NCBI RefSeq assembly: GCF_000142905.1 | Contig: NW_013657665.1 | Location: 459,084 to 523,083 of the forward strand | DNA length: 64,000 nt | Reading direction: 5' to 3' | Origin: Thecamonas trahens ATCC 50062 | Taxonomy: Eukaryota; Protista; Apusomonadida | Shown: piece by piece, positions 1-10,344 of the stretch | Layout of the letters: the number at the start of each line of letters is the position of its first letter | Position numbering within the stretch: position 1 is the first letter of the stretch | Notes under the pieces: generated by a model | Database searches by the model: none | The model's input: the letters and a program-made list of their open reading frames with translations, nothing else | Told to the model about the DNA's origin: nothing | Translations under genes and position numbers: made by a program

Positions 1-724
1 CTGCTGCGCACAGGAGATGTTTGCGCAGCAGGTGTGCAACCGCGGCGGCATCGACCAGCTTCAGAACTTGATCCATGGGCAGGGTTCGGATCGTGAGCGG
101 GCGCACGACACGCTTGCGCAGTTGCTCAAGAAGAACTTTTCGGCCAAGTACGCACTGACAAGCAAGCTCGGATGGGAGGATGTCATCCCGGCAGGCTTCT
201 ACGACATGGGCCGGTCGCGGCGGTTCCAGCCGCTGGCAGAGCTTCGCGAGACCAAGCTCAACTCGAAGCGCGAGGTGCTTCTTGTCAATCCGCTCAAGGA
301 CAAGGTGCTTGGCGAGCTCATCACGCGGGCGATTGCGCTGGTGGAGGAGGTGCCGGAGCGGACGGACCGGATTGCGGCACTGGCGGCCATGGTGGCGGAC
401 GCCATGGGCGGGCCCAAGGACTGGCTCTCGTACAACGAGTTTGGCGAGTACGAGTACGAGCTCTCTGCGCTCAAGGTGGCGTGCAAGTCCAACGTCATTC
501 CGCTCGGCGCAGTGACCAAGGGCGTCTTTTACCACCGCGCGCTACTGTTTAAGATCCTGGCCGACAACGCCAAGATCTCTGCCACGCTCGAACGCGGTGA
601 GTATACGCGGGCATGGAATGTGGTGCGGGTCCGGTCCAAGCCGCGCATTGTCGACCTTACCTTTGACGTCGGCGCGCTGTATGTGGTCGGAACGGAAAAG
701 GCCGAGCGGTATGCCAAGATCTAG
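1..724 (+). CDS. ARMC3: 3' part of armadillo-repeat protein 3-like gene (C-terminal EDR1/transglutaminase-like domain); starts before the window
   Basis: GFYDMGR...REVLLVN...IPLGAVTKGVFYHRALLFKILAD...LERGEYTRAWN matches the EDR1-type C-terminal domain of ciliary ARMC3; stop at 722-724. Confidence 0.75.
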   Translation, partial: CCAQEMFAQQVCNRGGIDQLQNLIHGQGSDRERAHDTLAQLLKKNFSAKYALTSKLGWEDVIPAGFYDMGRSRRFQPLAELRETKLNSKREVLLVNPLKDKVLGELITRAIALVEEVPERTDRIAALAAMVADAMGGPKDWLSYNEFGEYEYELSALKVACKSNVIPLGAVTKGVFYHRALLFKILADNAKISATLERGEYTRAWNVVRVRSKPRIVDLTFDVGALYVVGTEKAERYAKI

Positions 725-752
725 TTTTGAAGCGGTAGGTGCGAGCAAACGA

Positions 753-754
<2 letters not shown>

Positions 755-785
<31 letters not shown>
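755..785. repeat. (TG)n microsatellite
   Basis: Visible TG dinucleotide run between two convergent stop codons. Confidence 0.9.
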
Positions 786-788
<3 letters not shown>

Positions 789-845
789 CGGTGGTGTGCG
801 CGTGCGTGGCATGGAGGGGAGAGGTACGTATTACTCGCGTAGTCG

Positions 846-2096
846 TTACGACGACGACGACGCGGACTCCGACTCGCTGGCGTACTCGTCCTCGTCGTCC
901 GAGGTCTCGTAGGCATATTCGTAGAGGCCCGACTCGTTAGAGGCGTCGGCGTACTCGTACTCGTACTCGGCGTCTGCGGCGGCGGCGGAGCAGAAGCAGA
1001 AGGCCGAGAGATGGAGGGCAAAGGCGATGAGCGAGCATGCGCCGGCAAAGGCGCCGAGGGCAAAGGCCTGTCCGTACGAGGCCTTGCCGATGCAGGGGTC
1101 GTTGTTGAAGCACAGGATCTTGTCGCGGGCGTCTGAGGTCTGGGCGTAGTACACGATAAAGCCGAGGAAGCCAAAGAAGAAAGTGATGAGGTCAAAGATC
1201 ATCATGGTGATCATCTCGCACCGGCCACGGGCCGAGACGCAGTCGCACTTGTAGGCGGGCGGCATGGCGAGCGAGGCGGCACCGACGAGCGAGGCCACGC
1301 CCGAGACGACAGCGATAAAGATGAGGGCAAAGGCAGCGCGGCCGGCGCCCTTGATGTCGTCCAACGCCGAGGTGTTCGGGTTGGTCGACATGGGGAACGA
1401 GCAGCAGTCCGACCACAGCTCACGGACCTCGGTGGTGATGTTCGGGTGGGCGATGGTGTAGCCAAGGAGCGAGGCCTTGAAGTCGACTGCGTTAGCATCG
1501 ACGTTGTACACCAGCCAGGCCTTCCACATGAGAATGAACACTCCGCACAGCAGACCGAGCGCAAGGACCAGCGCAGACGCCTGCATGGTCAGGAACCGCG
1601 GCTGGCACCACGAGTCAGAGAGCCTGTCTCCACCATATTGTTGTCGTCGACACCGTCGCCACCGTTGTCGTCGTCGCCGTCGCCGTCGTATCCCGCCAGG
1701 TCACCCCCGCAGCCACCGCAGTGAGTGCCCCTCCGCCCACGCCTGTGCCTTTGCCCGCCGGCGGCCACACTACCTACTCACCCACCACAGCCCCAAACTG
1801 CACCATATGCGCGCGCGGGGGGGGGGGGGGGGGGCAAGGGTAGGGGTGGGTGGGTGGTTTGGCCTTCCCCCCCCCGCCCCCCCCCCCCCCTCCCCTCCTC
1901 TCGCCCCCACGCTGGCGCAAAAAACCGCATTGCTTCCTTCGCCGCACCGCAGCCAAGCAGGACGGTGCTGGGAGGAGCTTCTGGGCTACTTATGTGGGGA
2001 GGAAAGAGGTGCGGGAAGGGAAGGGAGGTGGGGAAGTTCATGGGCAACGTACCCTGCAGGCTCCTGCTCACTCTGCTTGGACGTCGACGAGCTCAT
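846..2096 (-). CDS. Four-TM membrane protein (claudin/PMP22/amastin-like topology) with acidic Tyr-rich tail; exons 2096-2053 and 1623-846
   Basis: Four hydrophobic helices with Cys-containing loops. Phase-2 intron 1624-2052 (GTACGT...ACTCAC...CAG) joins MSSSTSKQSEQEPAG to LSDSWCQPRFLTMQASAL. Confidence 0.65.
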
Positions 2097-2810
2097 CCTT
2101 CTTTCCGCAGTAACGTGTGGCGTGTTGGCGGGTGGACGGTGGTGGGAAGGGACTGTGTGGCTGGGGCCAAAGGCGTTGTTCGGCGGGGTCCGATTGATAG
2201 CGGGCGAATGACCGGTGGCGGAAGGGGGAGGGGGGGGGGAGGGGGGGGAGGGGGGGGGGGCGAATGCGAACGACTGCCAATTCGTTTGTCGGTGGTGCTC
2301 TGCTCTCGCCATCCTGGACGGGCTTCGGCCTTGACAGAACGCGTAAGGCAAGGCCACCGCGGCAGCGGTGAGGCAACAGCCCGCCAGCCACAGGATCCAG
2401 CCAGAGACAGACCGCACCGGTGGAGAGACCTGTCACGCCTTCCCCCCAGGCGCCCGCCAGGAACTCCTGCGGAGGAGCCACGGGCGTGGACTGAGGCAAG
2501 GCAGCCGCCGCAGGGATGAACACCGCCGGCGACGACGGCGACGGGGGCAAGCCGTGTCCGCCGCAGCAGCGCCCGGGAGTACCACCGCCAGCTGCGGATG
2601 GGAAAGAGGTTGCTGTTGCTGCGGCAACTTGCGTGGACAGTCCTGCCCACCGTCGCCGCCATGCCCGTCTTTGCTCCCCGGGACCGCCTCCCGTTGCGTC
2701 CTGCCGTACTCTCGCGCCCGTGTCCCCGGCAATGCCTCGGGACTACAGGCGTGGCGCATCGTCTCGCCTGCCACTAACTAGCAGTCTGTTTCACGGCAGC
2801 CTGGCTGCCA

Positions 2811-4907
2811 ATGGCTGGATCTTGTCGGAGTCTGACGGGCTGCCGCCTCGACCCTCTTTTCCCGCTTTCCCTCCTCTCATCTACCACGACCATGGACGCA
2901 GGCTGTCCCTCCCCCCCCCCCCCCCCCCTCCCCCTCCCCATTGCGCACGACGGGACTGTGCCAATGGCGGCCTGCGATCCCACGATGCCTTCTNNNNNNN
3001 NNNNNNNNNNNNNNNNNNNNNNNNNNNNNNNNNNNNNNNNNNNNNNNNNNNNNNNNNNNNNNNNNNNNNNNNNNNNNNNNNNNNNNNNNNNNNACGCCCA
3101 CCTCACCCTCCCTACCCCCCCCCCCCCCCCCCCTCCCCTACACCCTTTGCTCATGCGCCGCACCGACTCGGGCTCAACAGCCATGCGCGAGCTGCTGTGC
3201 CCGGGCAAGCCGCAGCCACCACGCCCACCGCCAACGGACCAGGCTGCACGCCGTGAGCTGGCCCATCCATACCCATACGCCACAGACGCAGCACTGCCGT
3301 TGCCAGAGCCGACATCGCGTGCCCCGCCGCCGCGTCTGGAGCCGCATCACCAGCGGCGATCATCGCACGGGCCGCTCTCCAAGGACTTTGACGGGCGGCT
3401 GCGGGCAGCGTCGATGCTGCGCAACTCGGCGTACGAGACCGCGGTGGCGGCAGGCGCCGAGCCGGTGGCAGCGATGGCCACCGAGCCGCCGCCGATGCGC
3501 CGCGCCCGACTGCAGCGTGCGGCGTGGAAGCGGGCCGATCGCGTCCGTGCCGCCCGCGCTGTTCGCGCCCCGCACGGCCTAATGCCGCACTGCTTTGATC
3601 CGCACGCAGAGGTTGCCGAGTCGTCGCTGGTGGCGCTCCGCTCCCGCATTCGCGCCTCGGGCCGTCTTGACGACGTCCTGCACTCTCGCAGGCTCGAGCG
3701 CGCCATGGCGCATGTCTCTTTTGCCTCGTCGCCGAACCAGTCGTTGGACAACATCGAGCCGCCGCTCTCGCCGCGATCGGTGGCAGCGTCCGATTCGGCG
3801 GCGTCGACGTCGCCGGACCACATCGCCGCGCCGGGCCCGCGCTCGCGCTCCTCGTCCAAGCTCATCAACACCCGCAAGCAGGCCCAGGAGCGCGACCGCG
3901 CCGCCATCCGCTTTGTCTCGCTCGCTCGCAAAGCCAAGGACGCCGCCCGCCGCGCCGGCATCCCGCTCGATCCCGACCTCGACCTCGACAACATTGCCGC
4001 CATCGACATCACCTTTGCCGCCGACGACGCCTCGTCTGAAGCCATCCTCTCCTCCAACCTCTCACCACCTCGCCGCACCAGTCACGCACGCCGGATCTCG
4101 ATCTCACGGCCTGCCACATCCGGCCTCGCCTCGTCCCAGCCAGCACCATCAGCGCTCGCTCCCCACGAGACAACGCCGCCGCCGTCGCCTCCACCCGAGC
4201 CGACAGCCCGAGCCACTCCAGACCCATCAGTTGGGCCCGAACCGGAGCCCAAGCCGTCGCCACAAGCCGAGCCAGCAGATCCAGCTACCCTCCCTCCAGA
4301 GGCCTCGCCGCGGCACTACAACCAGCGGCGCAAGAGCTACACACCCTCGTCCCCGGCGCGTAGCTCGTCGCCAGCTCCGGGCACGACCGGTCGATCGATT
4401 GTCCGGCGCCGTCGGGCCAACTCGAGCCTCGCTGCTCCATCGCCGCGCGCGCTGGCTGCTCCACCACCAGCGAGACCGGTGGCGGTCATCGACCGGTCCA
4501 TTCCTGTTGTCCGGCGCAACGCGCCGCGGGCTCCGCTCACACCCGAGCCGCAGCCGTACGTCGTCCCGGCCGTCCACCGCGTCTCCGCCGTCCCACAGCT
4601 TGAACTTTCGCCGGCTACCGCCGCCTCGATGCACGTCTCGGTAGACTCGACCGGCCGTCGCGGGCCCGACTACGTCCGAGCGCTCAAGATCTCAGCACCG
4701 ACCTCGTCGTCCGCCGACACCACCGCTGGCGACGCTCTCCCAGCCACCAGCGCTGGCCCGGCGCGGATGGACACCGGGTTCTCCGTCCGCGACTCGATCG
4801 CTCTCGACCTCCCCACCACTCCCAACGGTGCACCCACCGTCCACGCCTCGCCCGATGGCTTCTTTCATACCGCCATTCACCAGCCCGCTTCCCCGCCTGG
4901 TCCGTAG
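2811..4907 (+). CDS. Low-complexity Pro/Ser/Ala/Arg-rich hypothetical protein; 5' end uncertain because it crosses a gap
   Basis: About 600 open codons after the N gap with genome-typical codon usage; no recognisable domain; ends 31 nt before the PK-like ORF. Confidence 0.55.
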   Translation: MAGSCRSLTGCRLDPLFPLSLLSSTTTMDAGCPSPPPPPLPLPIAHDGTVPMAACDPTMPSXXXXXXXXXXXXXXXXXXXXXXXXXXXXXXXXXXAHLTLPTPPPPPPPLHPLLMRRTDSGSTAMRELLCPGKPQPPRPPPTDQAARRELAHPYPYATDAALPLPEPTSRAPPPRLEPHHQRRSSHGPLSKDFDGRLRAASMLRNSAYETAVAAGAEPVAAMATEPPPMRRARLQRAAWKRADRVRAARAVRAPHGLMPHCFDPHAEVAESSLVALRSRIRASGRLDDVLHSRRLERAMAHVSFASSPNQSLDNIEPPLSPRSVAASDSAASTSPDHIAAPGPRSRSSSKLINTRKQAQERDRAAIRFVSLARKAKDAARRAGIPLDPDLDLDNIAAIDITFAADDASSEAILSSNLSPPRRTSHARRISISRPATSGLASSQPAPSALAPHETTPPPSPPPEPTARATPDPSVGPEPEPKPSPQAEPADPATLPPEASPRHYNQRRKSYTPSSPARSSSPAPGTTGRSIVRRRRANSSLAAPSPRALAAPPPARPVAVIDRSIPVVRRNAPRAPLTPEPQPYVVPAVHRVSAVPQLELSPATAASMHVSVDSTGRRGPDYVRALKISAPTSSSADTTAGDALPATSAGPARMDTGFSVRDSIALDLPTTPNGAPTVHASPDGFFHTAIHQPASPPGP
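2994..3093. other. Assembly gap (100 N)
   Basis: N run near poly-C tracts. Confidence 0.99.
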
Positions 4908-4938
4908 CTGCTGTTGAAGCTGACCCACCTCACTCCCC

Positions 4939-6423
4939 ATGCGCCCCCTCGTCACACCCGCGCTACGCAAGGCGGTGTTCTCGCTTGGTCCGGCATGTGA
5001 CACGCCTGCGGCGCTCCGTTCCCTCTTCCGTGCCCCTCCCGCTGCCCTCGCCCCCGTCGTTCGCCTCGACCTGGCCCGTGGCGGGTGGCGGGCGACGTCG
5101 CCGCCGCCGATCCCGCGCAAAGCGGCTGCTGCTGCGCACCCGGCACCGCGGGCTCTACTTGCGCTCTACGCGCAATTGCGGTATCACGCCCGGCTCGCCG
5201 ATCGCGCACGTGCTGCCGCCGATGGCATGGCCGCCGGCCGGACCACCCCGCTCTGGATTGACCTGCCGGACTCGGCGCCGCGATCAGCCTGCCATGCCCG
5301 GCTTGAGCTCTTGCCGCCCGGCTCGGAGCTGCGGCTCGCTGCCGGCCGCAACAACGAGGCACTGTTCATTAGAGGTCAGTGCGCGCAAGCGACGTTGGCA
5401 GCAGCACGACCCAAGGACGTGGTTGTGTTTGATGGCGGCGCGCTGACTGCACGGGTGACCGGTACCTCGCCTCTCGGCGTCGTCTCCGCCAGAGTGCTCC
5501 CGGCGCCCGGCGCTACGAGCCCGGCACTGCCGCTGCATGCTGAGATGGGCCTCGTCCGGCATCTCAAAGGCGGACAGGTGATGGACCTCTGCCCGCCGCC
5601 GTCGCTCCTGTGGGACACCGTCCCGTTTGCCAAGCGCCTCAAGCCGGAGTTTGTCAGCGTCTCGGCTGCGGTCCTCGCCGCCGAGCCGGAGACGCTGCCT
5701 CGGCTGCGCGAGGCGCTGGCAGCGCCCACACTTGCCGCTGAGCACGAGTGGGTTGAGCATGCTCGCGGCGCCGGGACGGCGAAGCGCGGGCTGGCCCAGC
5801 TCCCCCACGTCCGCCTTGCGTTGAGGCTCGACTCGCTCGCCGGTCTTAACGCGCTACGCCATGCCCCACAGCTCCTTGAGGCTGCCGACGTGCTGATCTT
5901 TGACACACGAGCTGTACTCGCGCCGCTCATCCACCCGTCACAGCCGAACAAGCCCCCTCGTCCGGCGGCGGTCGCCGACGCTGCTGCTTACGTCGAGCAC
6001 CTCGCTGACCGCGCCCGCGCTTCCGCGATGCCCGTCGTTCGGGTCTCCCACGCGCTCGACAGCCTCATCCATCCGCAGGCTACCGTGCCGGCACCCGCTG
6101 ATCTCACCTTGCTGCTCGATGAGCTCTCACGTGACGGCGCACGTGGATGTGACGCACTTGCGTTTACGTCTGTGGCGAGCTTTGGCTCTCACGCCGAGGT
6201 TGCGGCCGCTACCTGGGGTGCCCTGGCCGCACACACAGCATCGCATACGCGGCCGGCCGGCGAGCCTGTCCACATGCACATCGAGTCTTGGGCGCAAGTA
6301 CCCGAGCTTCTGCACGCGACAGCTGGTGGCGCCGTTGTCCACGCCACTACGCCGCACAAGACGCTCGCGCGGCAGCTACAGCTATTGTCGTTTGTTGTGC
6401 CTGAGCATGTGCGGTCAGTTTGA
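4939..6423 (+). CDS. Pyruvate kinase-like protein, predicted catalytically inactive
   Basis: Collinear PK motifs: RKAVFSLGPAC, VRLDLARG, WIDLPDS, VVVFDGGAL, LALRLDSLAGL, AADVLIF, MPVVRVSHALDSL, GCDALAFTSVASFG, LARQLQL; catalytic residues substituted. Confidence 0.75.
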   Translation: MRPLVTPALRKAVFSLGPACDTPAALRSLFRAPPAALAPVVRLDLARGGWRATSPPPIPRKAAAAAHPAPRALLALYAQLRYHARLADRARAAADGMAAGRTTPLWIDLPDSAPRSACHARLELLPPGSELRLAAGRNNEALFIRGQCAQATLAAARPKDVVVFDGGALTARVTGTSPLGVVSARVLPAPGATSPALPLHAEMGLVRHLKGGQVMDLCPPPSLLWDTVPFAKRLKPEFVSVSAAVLAAEPETLPRLREALAAPTLAAEHEWVEHARGAGTAKRGLAQLPHVRLALRLDSLAGLNALRHAPQLLEAADVLIFDTRAVLAPLIHPSQPNKPPRPAAVADAAAYVEHLADRARASAMPVVRVSHALDSLIHPQATVPAPADLTLLLDELSRDGARGCDALAFTSVASFGSHAEVAAATWGALAAHTASHTRPAGEPVHMHIESWAQVPELLHATAGGAVVHATTPHKTLARQLQLLSFVVPEHVRSV

Positions 6424-6442
6424 GTGCGAGCGGTCTGTCCCG

Positions 6443-9400
6443 TCAGCAGCAGCCAAAAAGCTTGCTCAAGCCGGTAGGAGCCGGGCGATAAGGGACAGCC
6501 ACGGTGAGGACAGGCTCCTCGGTGAGATAGACGAGCCGCTCAAAGCGCATGGCGGTGCCAACCTTGGGCGCGGTGACGTCCATGGGGATGATGCCTGCCG
6601 CCGATGCGCCGCCACCGCCACCACCACCGCCGCCAAATGCAACATTGCTGTCGTGCCTGACTTGGCTGTCCCAGTACATCACGTTGGAAGTCGGGCCCTG
6701 CATGACCATGTCTTCGAGCGGGGTGTACGACGGTTGATATGTCGAAGAGCCGGCGTGAAAGGTGTACGACGGAACGTGGAGCATGTCGCCATCGGGCTCC
6801 TGGTAGCTGAGAGTGTCAAGCTGCGGGACGTAGATGGTTGCCCGGAGGACCATCGCCGGAAGATCAAACTTGGGCAACGGGACACGGACGGTGCCACGGT
6901 CAGCAATGGGCTCGTCGGGAACGAGGAACGTGACCTTGACCATAAATGCATCGTTGGACTTGGGGATGGGGACAATGAGCCTCTGCTGCGCGTCCTCGGC
7001 CGGTTTGACCGGGGCCGAGCGAACGGCAGTCGTCCACACCTCGGCGCTGTCAGGCAGCTCCATCCGCAGGTACTGACGCGAGTTGTTGCGGACAGTACAC
7101 ACGGTCTCGTAGAGGAGCTTGCCCTCCTCGGTGACGGTGATGAGGACCTCGGCGTTCTCGATGATGGCAACAAGGACGGCAACGTCGGCGTGCTTGGTCA
7201 CCCCGATCTGCAGGTCGTACTGAGTCGCGAGGAACTTGTAGGCGAGGAGGATCGGCTGTGACGCCGCCATGCTTTGAACCGCCGGTGGCGACTCGCGCGA
7301 ATCGATCTTGGTGATGGCCCGCCCGGCCAAGTGCTGCTGCGAGAGCTCGACGTTGGAGCGGACGGTGACGCCGATGTAGCCCTTCTCGCGGACGACGCCG
7401 CGGCAGTGGAACGAGGGCACATTGACGACCTGCGAGCGACGCTTCATCTCGACCTCGGATTCGAATCGGAGCGTGAACGTCGACTCCTTGGGGTAGCGGA
7501 GGCTGACGATGAGCACAAACTTGTTGCTGTCGTCGTCGGCCTCAGCCTTGCCGCCCCGCCCGTCGGCGTCGTCGTCGGTTTCGGGCTCGAGCTCGGCCGC
7601 AGGCACCACCTCCCACTTGCGGACCGCGACCGAGCCCGAGACGGCGAGGACCCGAACCTGCGACGGAATGTCGATGTGGAACGTGGAGACGCCGTTGTGC
7701 AGGATGGTGTACTCAAAGCTCGACGAGCAGAAGAGCACACCCTCGGTGACGGTGAGCAGGTGGTTTTGGTCGACCGTCACCACCGCCCGCCGCTCCTCAC
7801 GCACCTCGGGCGCCACAAACAGCGAGTCGGACGGCACTGTTGGCTCCGAGTCGGACTCGGAGCCCTCTGACCGCACTCCGCCGAGCGCCGACGAGAGGAC
7901 CGACGACATCGGCGTCGAGGCCACGCCGGTCTCACTGGGCGTCCACTGGATGTTGAGCGTCGTCGACGCTGGAAACGCCGTCCGCACCGTCGTCGACGCC
8001 ACGCTCGACTCGATGGTCGTCCGCAGGCTCGGCTGGATGGTGACATTGAGTCCGGCCTCCGGGTGCATAAACGTCAGCATGTTGCGCGTCGCCCGCGGCA
8101 GCCCACTGACCATCGTCGAGTTCTTGCGCTGACTGGTGAACGGGACAAGCATCTCCATGTGAACCGAGTACACGCCCGGCACGCATGTGAAGAGCACAAA
8201 TCGCGAGCCACTCACACCCACAATCCCGTCCTCGTACACAATGTCGTCGTCGCCGTCGCCACCATTGGGCGCAGTCACTCCGGGCGCCCCGGGCACCCGA
8301 TCGCCGTTCCGCTCAAACGTAGCCGAGAGCAGCGTCATCGTCGTCGGCAGCAGCGGCACCGTCGTCCACTTGCCCATCTCCGTCAGGACCTCGACCTCGA
8401 GATGCATCACAAATGTCACCGCTTCCTCACCGGCCTGACCCTCCATCTCAAGCGCGTTGACTGCAGCAAAATAGATGCGATAGCCGTGAGTGGATGCCGG
8501 CTGAGGAGGACGGCTGCGAAGGAATACGGGCATGGCTGCGAAGGAATGTGGGCATGGCTGCGAAGGAATGCGGGCATGGCTGCGAAGGAATACGGGCATG
8601 GCTGCGAAGGAATGCGGTCATGGCAGCGAAGGAATGCGGGCATGGCTGCGAAGGAAAAGAAGAAATTCACTCTTCCCCCTCCCTGCCTCCCCCTCGNNNN
8701 NNNNNNNNNNNNNNNNNNNNNNNNNNNNNNNNNNNNNNNNNNNNNNNNNNNNNNNNNNNNNNNNNNNNNNNNNNNNNNNNNNNNNNNNNNNNNNNNNNNN
8801 NNNNNNNNNNNNNNNNNNNNNNNNNNNNNNNNNNNNNNNNNNNNNNNNNNNNNNNNNNNNNNNNNNNNNNNNNNNNNNNNNNNNNNNNNNNNNNNNNNNN
8901 NNNNNNNNNNNNNNNNNNNNNNNNNNNNNNNNNNNNNNNNNNNNNNNNNNNNNNNNNNNNNNNNNNNNNNNNNNNNNNNNNNNNNNNNNNNNNNNNNNNN
9001 NNNNNNNNNNNNNNNNNNNNNNNNNNNNNNNNNNNNNNNNNNNNNNNNNNNNNNNNNNNNNNNNNNNNNNNNNNNNNNNNNNNNNNNNNNNNNNNNNNNN
9101 NNNNNNNNNNNNNNNNNNNNNNNNNNNNNNNNNNNNNNNNNNNNNNNNNNNNNNNNNNNNNNNNNNNNNNNNNNNNNNNNNNNNNNNNNNNNNNNNNNNN
9201 NNNNNNNNNNNNNNNNNNNNNNNNNNNNNNNNNNNNNNNNNNNNNNNNNNNNNNNNNNNNNNNNNNNNNNNNNNNNNNNNNNNNNNNNNNNNNNNNNNNN
9301 NNNNNNNNNNNNNNNNNNNNNNNNNNNNNNNNNNNNNNNNNNNNNNNNNNNNNNNNNNNNNNNNNNNNNNNNNNNNNNNNNNNNNNNNNNNNNNNNNNNN

Positions 9401-9812
9401 NNNNNNNNNNNNNNNNNNNNNNNNNNNNNNNNNNNNNNNNNNNNNNNAGTAGTTTCCCCATCCGTCCCCCTCCCCCTCCCCCCCCCCCCCCCCTACCCAC
9501 ACATCACATACCAACAAACGCATGCGGAGGCTCCTGGCGAATGACCTGCTGCTGCTTTTCCAAGAGGGCAAGGTAGTCCTTGACCGGGAGCTCGACCATG
9601 GACGCAGCCGAGTCGGCAGGTGCGGCGGTGGGCGCTGGCGGCGGCATGGACGAGAGAGCGACGCTCTTGGCGCTCGTCTTGCTCTTGGCTACCTTGCGCA
9701 TCTGCAGGGGCGCTGTCGCCTCGACCTGGTGGTAGTGTTGCATGTACGATGCCGGTGGCCGCCTCGACCCGCCGCGGACCATCGACCGGATGTTGTGACG
9801 CTTGCTCTTCAT
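6443..9812 (-). CDS. Uncharacterised beta-rich protein resembling a bacterial hypothetical-protein family; exons 9812-9512 and 8460-6443
   Basis: Phase-1 intron 8461-9511 (GTATGT...ACTCAC...CAG, spanning a gap) joins VELPVKDYLALLEK...EPPHAFV to VNALEMEG; long ORF with alternating beta-strand pattern; start codon uncertain. Confidence 0.7.
8512..8656. repeat. Intronic 22-bp minisatellite (GGGCATGGCTGCGAAGGAATGC, about 6.5 copies)
   Basis: Head-to-tail near-identical units with no spacers. Confidence 0.9.
8697..9447. other. Assembly gap
   Basis: N run inside the predicted intron. Confidence 0.99.
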
Positions 9813-10344
9813 GCTGATTCCTTCTGTTCCCACCTGGCGGTTGCGACGAGTGTCCGCCGCCCGCCGCCCGCCGCCCGCCGCCCGCCGACCCCACCCACTC
9901 CCCCCTCTCCACCGACACCGACATCGACACCGACTGACGATGACCCAGCCATGACCATGGCCTGGCCCGAGTTTTCCCTTGCTCTACCTGGCCCCGCAGC
10001 CCACAACTGCCTCGGCCCACGCCATCAGCTACGGCCGCCCGCCTGCGTCGCTGCTGATCAAGACAGGGCCCAAGTCTGGCTGGCCAAGGACAAGGCTCTC
10101 CCGCTATGAGTGACTAGGTCCAAGTGCGATCGAGTTGCCGATGGGGCGCCGATGCCGACGACGACGGGCACGGCGAGATGGACGACGAGGAGCGCGATGA
10201 GAGGGAGGGTGAGAGCAAAAAGGGGCGAGAGCTGGACGGCAACGACCATGGCCACTGTTGCCGGCTGGCTTGTGGCGACTGCGTCGACGGCGGGTACGAG
10301 GCGATCTTCACTGCATTGGCGAACAGACACCCTATCACTGACAG

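Noticed and set aside
8512-8656. Possible CRISPR-like array
   Set aside because: 22-bp units are head-to-tail with no unique spacers, lie in a eukaryotic intron, and there are no cas genes
8063-9576. ORFs spanning N gaps
   Set aside because: Artefacts of translating Ns
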